Source: Chiloscyllium plagiosum (Eukaryota). From it: 45,962 bases of DNA. Where the stretch lies: positions 9,757,178 to 9,803,139 of the forward strand of contig NC_057720.1 in assembly GCF_004010195.1 (NCBI RefSeq), in the 5' to 3' direction. Made by a program: the position numbers and the translations under genes. The notes beneath the pieces were generated by a model. That model ran no database searches. It had not been told where the DNA came from and worked only from the letters and a program-made list of their open reading frames with translations. Position 1 is the stretch's first letter, and each line of letters opens with the position of its first letter. Below, piece by piece: positions 35,253-45,784 of this stretch.

Positions 35253-36298
35253 AGAACAGAATCCTGTGGAAACAGGCCATTCGGCCCAACAAGTCCACAC
35301 CAACTCTCTGAAGAGCATCTCACCCCCATCGCCTATCCCTGTATAATCATAATCTGCTGATTCCTCAGAAACAAACCCAAACAAGTAGACACAATGCAAC
35401 CAAACGTTATGGCCACATTACCTTACAGCAAAGACATATCAGACTTCCAGACTACTCAGACCCCTTGGCATCATGGTGGCCCACAAACCTACTAACACAC
35501 TTAAACAGCGATTAATGAAGCTAAAAGATCCATTAGATACTACCAGCAAATCTAACGTCATTTACAAGATACCATGCAAGAACTGTAAAAAACACCACAT
35601 CGGACAAACTAGCAGGGAACTTGACCAGGATGCATGAACACCAACTGGCCACCATGAGATATGACCCACTATCACTAGTTTCTATACAGACAGACAAAGA
35701 AGTACACCACTTTGACTGGGACACCACACACATCCTAGGACAGGTGAAACAAAGACACACACAAGAATTCTTAGAGACATAGCATTCTATCCAGAACTCT
35801 ATTAGTAAACACATCGATTTCGATCCCATCTACCTTACCTTGAAAAAAGGAACTGGAAATGACATCACCCACCTTAAGAAACCAAGACCTATAAACAGAG
35901 GCGGGACATACTACCAGCGCCTCACCGGAGACTCTCACTGATGATGTTACCTAGTACGGTGATGAAATGTCCGAAAACAAGCCGACCAACTCAGCTGAGC
36001 TAACTTGCATACTTATAATCAACCTGAGCTGCAAACCTTCTCAAAAATCCCTATCCCTGTATCTCCAATGGCTAATCCATCTTCCTTACGCATCCTTGCA
36101 CACTACGTGCAATTTCCCATGGCCAATTCAGCTAACGTGGACATCTTTGGACCTGTGGGAGGAAACCGGAGCACCCGGAGGAAACCCACACAGACACGGG
36201 GAGAATGTGCAAACCCCACACAGACAGTTGCCTGAGGCTGGAATTGAACCGGGATCCCCGGTGCCATGAGGCAGCAGTGCTAACCACTGAGCTGCCCA
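35253..36298 (-). mobile_element. HE1-type SINE split by a Poseidon-type PLE
   Basis: Tail TGTGGAAACAGGCCATTCGGCCCAAC at ~35266, with V-domain and head at 36150-36295. Confidence 0.85.
35345..36049 (+). mobile_element. 5'-truncated Poseidon-type PLE (GIY-YIG region + pLTR) with 13-bp TSD
   Basis: Decayed LPY.KDIS, RLLRPLGIMVAHKP, NVIYKIPCKNCKKHHIGQT and HFDWD. CCTATCCCTGTAT occurs at 35332-44 and 36050-62. Hammerhead core CTGATGA at 35938. Confidence 0.88.
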
Positions 36299-36769
36299 CA
36301 TGAATGCAAAGAGTATTCTAATGACACCGAAGGGAAGAACATGAGTGCAATCCTAATCAATTAAAGTTTGGCAGCCCCCTTTGGCTATCGTTGCATGATC
36401 GTAATTAGCATATCCAGTCACTCCAGCCTTTCCTGTTTTGACTCAGTCACTCCCAGGGAAGGAGACTCTCACTCCTCTTTCCCAGGTTGCCAGCGCTGAT
36501 GTTGTAGGAGTATTCTCCTCACAGGCGCTGCAGAGGCTGGGAAGGTGACACGCTGCCAACACCCCTAGACCAAGCATGAATTAACAAAATAAGTCTTGCC
36601 CATGTAGTTCAGAGAGTCATGGGTTCAAGCCCATCAGGAAAAATATTTCCACTATTAATAAGATCAGCGAGCAGAGAATAAGTATCAATGATATTTGTTT
36701 TCATCTTTTTATTCGTTCATAGAATGTAGCAGGCGAGGCTAACATTTATTGTCTATCCCTAGAACACAC

Positions 36770-37102
36770 AATCCCTACAGTGCAGAATGAAGCCATTCAG
36801 CCCATCGAGTCTACACTGACCCTCCCACCCAGAAACAGCCCCCGACCCTATCCCTGCCACCCCAGATTTCCCAAGCCTAATCCATCTAGCCTACACTTCT
36901 CAGAAAACAATAGGGCAATTTAAGCATGGCCAATCCAATTAACCTGCACATCTTTGGACTGTGGGAGGAAACCAGAGCACCTCCAGGAAACCCACACAGA
37001 CACTGGGAGGATGTGCGAACTCCACGCAGAGAGTTGCCCGAGACTGGAATCAAGTCCCTGGTGCTGTGAGACAGTTGAACCAGCCACTGAATCACCATGC
37101 CA
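36770..37102 (-). mobile_element. HE1-type SINE
   Basis: AATCCCTACAGTGCAG tail and TTTGGACTGTGGGAGGAAACCAGAGCACC...GAAACCCACACAGACAC V-domain. Confidence 0.8.
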
Positions 37103-37583
37103 GCCCAGAGGACAATTGAGAGTCAACAACATTGCTATAGGTGAGGAGTCACACATGTGCCAGACTGGGTAAGGGTGGCAGATTTTCCTCCCTCAAGGAC
37201 ATCAGTGAACCAGATGGGTTTTAATGACAATTGATGTTAGTTACATGGCCACCATGAGGCTAATGTTATAATTGCTGACATGACAGGAATATGCAATTTC
37301 CAACATAAATCACAGCCCACAAAATATTAATTTATTAATATAGTAGCAGAATTCAGGAATTCTCTCAAAAATCCCTATCCCTGTATCCCAATTCAGCTAA
37401 CGTGGACATGGATCAGGAGAGTGGTTATTGATGTTTGAAGACCAGGACTGATGATTTTTCCTTGGGTAGAGCTGTGAAGCTGAAATCCAGATTGAAATTC
37501 ATCCAGTTGGATGGTTGGACAGGCTAACAGGCTGAATCCTGATCCTAGTGCTACAAGGTTACGGATCCTAAAAGAGCTCTCAC

Positions 37584-37876
37584 CATTTTTGAGAAGATTT
37601 CTTGCTCAGGTTGAGGTTCTGGATGTAGGTTTGCTCACTGAGCTGGAAGGTTCATTGTCAGATGTTTTGTCACCCTACTGGGTAACATCTTCAGTGAGCC
37701 TTCGGATGAAGCACCACTGATGATTCCTGCTTTCTATTTATATGTTTGAGTTTCTTTGGGTTGGCGATGTCATTGCCTGTGGTGATATCATTTCCTATGG
37801 TGATGTCATTTCCTGTTCTTTTTCCCAGGGGGTGGTAAATGGATTCCAAGTCAATGTGTTTGTTGATAGAGTTCAA
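37584..37876 (-). mobile_element. Poseidon-type PLE 3' fragment
   Basis: Colinear with 27536-27783. The minus strand gives NSINKHIDLESIYHPLGKRTGNDIT and the CTGAAGATGTTACC...GACAAAAC hammerhead motif. Confidence 0.8.
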
Positions 37877-37880
37877 CATC

Positions 37881-37972
37881 AGACAGCTGCCTGATGAAGG
37901 AGCAGTGCTCCGAAAGCTAATGCTTCCAAATAAACCTGTTGGACTATAACCTGGTGTTGTGTGATTTTTAAC
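37881..37972 (+). mobile_element. PLE family-A terminal repeat with hammerhead motif
   Basis: CTGATGAAGGAGCAGTGCTCCGAAAGCTA...CCTGTTGGACTATAACCTGGTGTTGTGTGATTTTTAAC. Confidence 0.75.
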
Positions 37973-38160
37973 CTGAGGAGAAAACATTGACTATTTACCC
38001 TATCCATGCCCCTCATGATTTTATAAACCTCTTGAAGGTCACCCCTCAGCCTCTGACGTTCCAGGGAAAACAGTCCCAGCTGTTTCAGCCTCTCCTGATA
38101 GTTCAAACCCTCCAAAGCCTAGCAACATCCTTGTAAATCTTTTCTGAGCCCTTTCAAGTT
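37973..38160 (-). mobile_element. CR1 fragment
   Basis: EGLNYQERLKQLGLFSLERQRLRGDLQEVYKIMRGMDRVNSQ. Confidence 0.85.
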
Positions 38161-38636
38161 TGGACTTGGTCAAGGCAATTGGTGACAATTTAATTCCTCA
38201 GGCCCCTATGAGCATGAAATGATGGGAGATTGTTTAGGAGGAGTAGCCTTGCCAGACAGGATCAGGTTTCAGTCCATCAGGCCTGTCCTACAGCCAGTGC
38301 TTTGCATCCTTACGCATATACAATTGAACTTCCAAGGCTCTCCTATCCCACATTCCCCTGCCATTTGATCAAGGGAAAGGAGGGAAGGATACGCCCCCCC
38401 CCACTATGTTGGATAATGGATGTTGCACTGTACTGACTGTACCAGCCCTGAGTATTTTAATAAACCATGACATTTCTCGCCTTGGCATCAATGTAGAATC
38501 TTGTGAAAAAAAAGCCCATTTTGAAAATGTGCAGCAAGTAATTGATTTTCGCTGTTTGGGAGGTGGTAGAAAGTGAGTTAAATATGTGATTTAAAAAAAA
38601 GAATGCTGTTTGCTGTACATGGTATGAATTTTATCG

Positions 38637-38801
38637 ACATTGATGAATGTACTGGAGATTCTGCTATGGGCTCCGGTACCCATACTCCTTGCCAGAACAC
38701 AATTGGAGGATTTTATTGCTCCTGGTTTAGTGGATTTCAAATATCTTCAGGGATTTCGACTTTCAAACTGAAGCCCAATTTCACCCACAACATCTGTGAA
38801 T
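38637..38801 (+). pseudogene. Decayed cbEGF pseudo-exon within ADGRL4 (former additional EGF domain)
   Basis: Reads DIDECTGDSAMGSGTHTPCQNTIGGFYCSWFSGFQISSGISTFKLKPNFTHNICE. Cys2 is TCC and Cys5 is TGG. The acceptor position reads TTTTATCG| instead of AG, and there is no GT donor after TGTGAA. Confidence 0.75.
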
Positions 38802-39619
38802 GCCTGTTATTGCAGTGAATGGGAAAAAAAAATCTTTCGATGAAAAGAGATTAATCTTGAATCTGGATGAAGTCGTTATCAAATTTTTCAGAGCTAATTT
38901 GATACACTTGTTTTAAGAGTCGGCATGGAGGGAGGTGACAGGGGAGGAGAGGGGGAGGGGTGGTAAGGGGGTTACCTGTGTGGGAGAGGGGAAAGGGGAA
39001 AGGGGGGTACTGGAGGAGGAGAAAGTAGGAAGGAGAGAAACAGAAGAGTTGTGTGTGAGTCACTTCAAGCACAAAGTGGGCAAAGCTGATTAAGCTGGTC
39101 AGTTTTCTGGTCTAGTCGAGAGTATTTTGACTAAGCGATGTAAAGTTTATTGCATGACAGCAACTATAGAGACTGCAAGGAGCACCCTTGACCCAGGTTG
39201 ATCTCCTATACGGTACTTCTTTACAATGACCAAGTCCCCAAGGCATCATTGCAGACGTTGGCTGCTCACTGGATTCAATTACGGTTTTCTAACCCAGCAG
39301 GTAGGAGGGAGAAGGGAGAGGATCGAGAGAAGAGAGGGGAGGAGAGGGGAGGAGACGGTGGAAGTAGAGAGGAGGAAAAGAGATGACAGAAGGAAGGGAG
39401 GTAGAGTAGGACAGCACTTAAGCAGCAATCCCAAGAGTTAAACAGATGATCCCAATTGGTTTTTCAGTGCTGAAAATGCACTGCTTTGTCAGAGATTTTG
39501 CCCTTGTGTTGACGTTATTATACTGAGGGTCAATTTGAAAGAATCTGTGTCATTTTACAAAGGGTAGTGAGATTGCCCTCCATTTTGGGTCAATACCTCC
39601 CCCCCAACCAATGTTAGTA

Positions 39620-39925
39620 TGGAACAGGCCATTTGGCCCATCGAGTCCACATTGACCCTCCGAAGACCATCCCACCCACACCCATCCCATCCCAGTAACC
39701 CTGCATTTCCCATGGTTCACCCATCTGGCCTACATACCCCTGGACGCTACAGTCAATTCACCTAACCTACACATCCTTGGCCTGTGGCAGGAAGCCGGAG
39801 CGCCCACAGGAAACTCATACAGACACGGGGAGGATGTGCAAACTCCTCGCAAACAGTCACCTGAGGGTGGAATCAAACCCAGGTCCCTGGCGCTGTGGGG
39901 CTGCAGAGCTAACCACTGTTCCACC
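39620..39925 (-). mobile_element. HE1-type SINE
   Basis: GGAACAGGCCATTTGGCCCATCGAG tail, AGACACGGGGAGGATGTGCAAACTCC V-domain and GCTAACCACTG head. Confidence 0.8.
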
Positions 39926-41084
39926 CAAAAAAAAACTAATCGATAAACAGATAAAACGAGAGAAATTTAGCAGATCTGGCAGCATCTGTGGAGAGTGAAA
40001 CAGAGGGAACATTTTGAGTACAGTATGTGCTTCTTCAGACAAAGAAAACAAACAACTACAGATGCTGAAAAAGCACTTCTTCAGGACTGGCTGATAACTG
40101 TTTCTCGCACTTTCCTTGTTTCTGTTGTAGGATCTTGCTGCATACAGTCACCATACCAGCAAGAAATGTTTAAAATATTATGCATTCCTGGGATGTGGGT
40201 GTCACTGGCTATGGCAGAATTTATTGCTTGTTCTCTAACTGCATGAGAGAAGGTGTTGGTGATCTCCCTTCTTGAACTGCACCAATGTACGTGGTGGAGA
40301 GAGGGAGTTGCATAATTTTGACTCAGTACCAGTGAAGGAACAACAATTTATTTCCAAGTCAGTGTGGCATGTGACATGTAGGCGAACCTGTAGACGGTGG
40401 TTTCGATGAGATGCCCTGAGATTTGGTAACCTACTACATAGAACTCCAGGACCCGAAATTACTTCAAGTGTATGTTCGGGACTGAAGTGTCTACCACTTA
40501 ACCAGCAGATCAAAGGCTGGCCTGAGCTTAGATGTCAGACCTCATTATTACCATTATGGGGCACCATTGACACATTGGCCATTTGCCCATTGTAAGTAAT
40601 CACCTCAGTTGGTGCTGCTGCTTCACTGACTGCAAACCTCAAGTGGGGACATGGAATCTCAGTGGAAAGGGAGATCAGTCAGGTGGGTAAAGCATTCCTG
40701 CACCACCTGTCTCCTCAGGTACATACTTTTAAATGTTTTTAAAATGAGAGTTCATCATTTTTTTGGCTGTTTGGACAACTAAGCTCAACGCCACTAAAAT
40801 CGTGCGCACCTTACTTCTGGTGTCAGATATTGCAAAGTGTCAATAGACAAGCAAGAGGCTGGAAGAACACAAGTCGGGCAGTTTTCCACCTCCTGATGCT
40901 ACCTGGCTCATCCTGCTTGTCTACCTTGGAATCCAGCATCTGCAGTTTTCTTTGGTCTCTAGCCAAGTGTCACTAGACAGCTGTGTTTCCTACGTCACAG
41001 CACTTCACGTGTTCATCATTTGCTGTAAAGTGCTTGGAGACATCCAGTGGTCTTGAAGGTTGCTATACAAATGCAATTTTGAAA

Positions 41085-41310
41085 TGAAGGAGGAACTTCT
41101 TCAGCCCAAGGTGGTGAATCTGCGGAACACATTGCTATAGAAAGCAGAGCCCAAGACAATGAGTGTACTTAAGACAGAGACAGTCAGGTTCTTGATTAGT
41201 AAAGGGATCGAGGGTTAGGGGGAGAAGGCAGGAGAATGGGGTTAAAAAAGATATCAGCTGTTGTCAAATGATAGAGCAGACTCAATGGGCCGAATGGCAT
41301 AAATCTTCTC
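41085..41310 (+). mobile_element. CR1 3' fragment
   Basis: AGGAGGAACTTCTTCAGCCC..GGTGGTGAATCTGCGGAAC...AGCAGACTCAATGGGCCGAATGGC. Confidence 0.7.
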
Positions 41311-42384
41311 CAATGGTCTTTCTTTGAAGTGCTGCACTTTATGTGGGCAGGCCTTTGAAAAGTGAGGTTTAGGAACATCTGAAACTATGGGACCAGGGAG
41401 CTTGCCTCCCCCCTCACCCTCCCCCAACTGCCAGGATGCCCTGCTGGGCAATAGGACCAAGAGCTGGAAAGTGGGATTCGGCAGAGCTGATGTGATCATG
41501 CAGAAGGATTAACATAAATCTTCTCTGGATGAACTCCCCTTGCACTTCATCCACACCCTTGGGATCTTTCCTGCCCACCAAAGAATAAAAGCACAAGGAA
41601 GAGGAACAGGAGTAAGGCCATTCAGTCCCTCAAGCCTGTACCGCCAGTCAATGGAATCAGGGCTGACCGAAACTCCTCACATCTGTTTTCCTGCCCTTTC
41701 TCCACAACCCAGGGTTGAGAGGGATATGGGCCAGGTGCTGGCAGATGGGACTAGATTGGGTTGGGATATCTGGTCGGCATGGACGGGTTGGACCAAAGGG
41801 TCTGTTTCCGTGCTGTACATCTCTATGACTATGACTATGACTATAACCCGTAATTCCAACTGATCAAGAATCTATCGGAGGCGAGGCCTCAGTTTAGCAT
41901 CAGAGCATGAGAGTGCCATCTGTCAATCATGCAGCACTGCCTCAGTATTGTGTTAGAGTGTCAGCCTGGAGTATGTGCGCAAATCTAACTCAGAATGCTA
42001 TCCACCTAGCCACAGTAGTTACCCAGCAATGAGCTTAAAACTGTTTTTCTGGTGATTTCCGTGCTGTTAATCCAATAAACAGTGTTTCCCTATAAGTGAA
42101 TGAATTTCTGATTGACTGCTAGGCAGCTGAGGGCATTCCCCTAATAGATGCTTCAACTACAACACTCACAGTTTGGAAGTTTGAACTTAGTAATCAAATT
42201 GTATTCAAGGATATTAATTGTCGGGTGATTTATTAGTTATATGATAATGACATGTCAAGTGATCAGCATTAATCAAACTGAATGACAATGGCATTGATGG
42301 GGACAGTTATGTCGATAATACAAGCTATGTGTTGGACACATGATGTTTGAAGTTAATGATTTTATTTCTTCACTGCAATTTCAG

Positions 42385-42455
42385 AGATTCCAGAGACGCC
42401 CTGCCATTTAAATAATGAATGTCTTTCTGGAAGGATTAATGATACCTTGCATCAG
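42385..42455 (+). CDS. ADGRL4: ADGRL4/ELTD1 internal exon following the EGF region (71 bp, phase 1-0)
   Basis: Acceptor TTTATTTCTTCACTGCAATTTCAG| and donor CAG|GTAATG. In frame with the 33761 exon it gives EIPETPCHLNNECLSGRINDTLHQ, matching recalled human ENVNANCHLDNVCIAANINKTLTK (CHL...C....IN.TL). The ORF track missed it. Confidence 0.9.
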
Positions 42456-42820
42456 GTAATGCCACATTTTGAATACGATAAGAAACCTATGCATAAAAAC
42501 AAGTTCCTTTGTGCTTCATAATAAGACAGTGTGTGTCGAGCGACCTGATGTGCAAGCTGCTGTCATTTTGCAACAAACTCATATTTTAGCAATAAATTGA
42601 GATCGAGACAAACACACATTGAATTTGATGTGGCAATCTGAGGGGAATTTTTTAAAACGGCTCAGTTCTTAAAAGGCTGGCTTCGCTGAGGCGTGGCGTT
42701 TTTAAAATTCTTTAATTTGTTTTTTGGTTGAGAATGCAATGCCAGCATTTATTGCACTTCCCTCCTCGTGTCAATGCTGAGCTGCCTGAGCAATCTTGCA
42801 GTCTGTCAAGGGAAGGTATA

Positions 42821-43038
42821 CAGTCTGTTCTGATATACCGCGATAGTTCCGTTCCTGTATGATACCGTGTGATACGAAAATCACTTCATAGCTGCACTGT
42901 TTAATCCGACGGGGCCAGAATAGAGTTATAGCAATACAAGTAAGGAAAGTTCGCGTTCTGGAAATGACAGTCTGAATTATTCAATCACATTAAAGCCAAC
43001 TTGCGCTGAAGAAACTCGCGTTCTAGCAGAACCGACTG
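42821..43038 (+). mobile_element. Tc1/mariner-Tigger-type MITE (218 bp)
   Basis: TA-CAGTCTGTTCTGATATA ... TAGCAGAACCGACTG-TA, colinear with 17583-17801. Confidence 0.85.
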
Positions 43039-43569
43039 TACTCTCAACGTTGGCAGGATTTTGGGCCAGTCGATGCTGAAAGGATATTTCCGTCGAAGGA
43101 TGTCATGTGTAGACAGGCAGGAGGCTGGAAGAACACAGTGAGCCAGGCAGCATCAGGACGTGGAGAATTCGATGCTTCAGGTGGAACCCTTCTTCAGGAC
43201 TGGGGGTGGGTGTAGGGGGAGTTGCAGATAAAGGGTGTGGGGAGGACAGAGTGGTGAAGTGGGGATAGGTGAAGACAGGTAGAGGGTAAAACCTCGTTGG
43301 TCAATGGGAGGAATGAATCCAGATGTCATGAAACAGAGGCATGGAGATGGTAGTATTTTATTATAACCATTTACAAGTCATGGGTATGACTGATGGGGGT
43401 CAGCATTTATGATCAACCCTTAATTGATCCTGAGAAGGTGGTGAGCGATAGTTTGGACCACTGCGGCTGTATACAGCTGCTTTGCACAGCTCTGCCATTC
43501 CAGAGGGACGTTTAGAGTCAGGCATCCCTGTTGTGGTTCTCCAGCCATATACAGACCAGTTCACTGTAG

Positions 43570-43915
43570 GTCACACAGTGGCTCAGTAAGTTAGCACTGC
43601 TGCCTCACAGCACCAGAGACCTGGGTTCTATTCCAGCCTTGGATGATCGTCAGCCTAGAGTTTGCACAATGTACCTGTGGGTTTCCTCTGGATGTTCCAG
43701 TTTCCTCCCACACTCCAAAGACGTGCAGGCTAGGTGGATGGGTCATCCTGAATTGCCCATAATGTGCAGATTAGGTGGGTAAGCCATAGCAAGTGTAGAG
43801 CTACAAGAATAGGGTGAGGGGGCTGGGTCTCGGTCTGGATGGACTGCTTCACAGATGTTCGGTTTGGACCTGATGGGCTGAATGACCACGTTCTGTCCTG
43901 TTGAGATTCTATGAT
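43570..43915 (+). mobile_element. HE1-type SINE
   Basis: GTGGCTCAGTAAGTTAGCACTGCTGCCTCACAG...GGGTTCTATTCC head, V-domain remnant and ATTCTATGAT tail. Confidence 0.8.
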
Positions 43916-43940
43916 CCCTTCCAAAAAGGATGATTGTGAA

Positions 43941-44139
43941 AGCAGGTTTTGAGAAGATTTGTAGCTCAAGTTGAGGTTCTGGATGTAGGTTTGCTCGCTG
44001 AGCTGGAAGGTTCATTTTCAGGCGTTGCATCACCATAACATTATCGCCCTTCATCCAGAGGCTCACTGAAAATGTTACCTATTATGGGGACGAAACGTCT
44101 GAAAATGAAACTTCCAGCTCAGCGAGCAAACTTACATCC
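43941..44139. mobile_element. Poseidon-type pLTR inverted mini-element with 14-bp TSD
   Basis: Minus arm ~43945-44035 and plus arm ~44057-44141. AGGATGATTGTGAA is duplicated at 43927-40 and 44140-53. Confidence 0.85.
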
Positions 44140-45444
44140 AGGATGATTGTGAACCAGACAATAGTCATCTTAGACTCCCTATACCTAGAGATGTATCAGG
44201 TGGACACCATACATGTTTCTGGAGCTAGTCTTTCCTGGAACAGATCTCCTAGTCTAATGCCAGAGACTACAGTAAGGCCTCACAAAGTGAGGATTGAGGT
44301 CATGAAGTGAGGTTGTGTGATCCAAGGTTGCAATGGCTTCCACAGAACTTTGCCCCTAATCTATCAGGATTTCTTACCCTAACGTCTACTTTCAGGTCTT
44401 CCTGCCTCCACCTGAATATCCACAAACATCTTAATCCTACCCCCGGAGTTCTCACTGAGGGCTCAGGGCAATTTTCAACCTTCAAAATGAGATGACAATC
44501 AGGAAGCACTGAGCTGTATGTTGATGGGTCCAGGCCTCATAAAGGATAGCTGACGAGAAGCGTGTCCTGCTCTTACCATCAGCCATAGACGTGTTGGACA
44601 ATCGTCCTGTCCAGCCCATATTTTAAATGCACGTTCCTTGGTCAGCATGTCTTGGAGTGAGGTTTTCACCCAGAGCTCCTGACACAGAGGCAGGGACAAT
44701 ACCATTGAACTACAGAATTATTACAGCGCAAAAAGAGGCCAATCAGCTCATCATGCCTGCATTGGCTCTAATATCTAGTACCTATCTCTTGCCTTATCCC
44801 AATATCCTTGCAGACCATGACTGTCCAAAGCCTCTTGAATTCTTCAGTGCATCATAAGACTTCCTCTATAGTCACCATTACTAACCTTTTGAGTTTCAAC
44901 AATTTCAGATTTACTTCATTAACAGAATTGAGATTCCCACATGCGTTGATAAGGTATCGGTCAAGTATACGGATTACTAGCCCAGTGATATGCCACTGTT
45001 CCATCATACCCCCATATACCTGTTGCCTTTGTCCTTCTGTATGTTGGTGCCCACAGAGTCAGGAGGAAGAGAATTGGGAAAGATACTTCCCATTGACATC
45101 ATAATCTTTTGTTCCCTGCTGTAAAGAGTAGACGTTATGTGCCTGCTTCAGCTGCAATGCCTACTGCAGTTGAATAGCCTGCGTAGAGCTCATTTTACTT
45201 CTGTACAATACCCACTGGTGACACAAACCAATCTGGCATTGGTGGGGTCAGAACCATCTCCCTGAGAGGGAGAGTGAGACAATGAAGATAGATTTTAGCA
45301 TTGAAGAACTTACAGCTCAGTTCTGTATACCTATTATTTGCACTTCTGAGGGAAAATATACCTAACTTGTGAAAAATATATTGGCAAGGTGCACTGTTAA
45401 TATCATTTTACTTTGTCCTGTGTTCAAACCACTGCATATTATGT

Positions 45445-45760
45445 ATTCGTTCATTCACTTGATATGAGCGAGTGGACCAGTATTTGTTGCCCATTCCTGA
45501 TTGACCTTGAGAAGGAGTCTGTAGTGAACTGCCTTCTTGAACAGTTTGAAGCCCATCTGGGATGCCCACAGAGCTGGAAGGGAGGGTGTTCAAGGATTTT
45601 GACCCAGTGACAGTGCAGGAACAGCGATATTGCAATGAGCCAAGTTAATGAGTGGCTTGGAGGGGAAGATGCAAGCATGTAATGTTCCTTTGCATCTGCA
45701 GCCCTTACCTTTCTAAGGTGGTGGGGGTCATGGGGTTTGGAAGATGCCAAGCATCTTTTA
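45445..45760 (-). mobile_element. LINE family B 3' end
   Basis: ATTCGTTCATTCAC...CCAGTATTTGTTGCCCATTCCTGATTGACCTTGAGAAGG...GGATTTTGACCCAGTGACAGTG. Colinear with 3075-3330 and 40180-40400. Confidence 0.7.
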
Positions 45761-45784
45761 AGGAATACACAGTTCAAACACGAT

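Noticed and set aside
38603..38818. 71-aa ORF as a functional EGF exon or mini-gene
   Set aside because: It lacks Cys2 and Cys5 and has no AG/GT at the homologous boundaries, so it is treated as a pseudo-exon.
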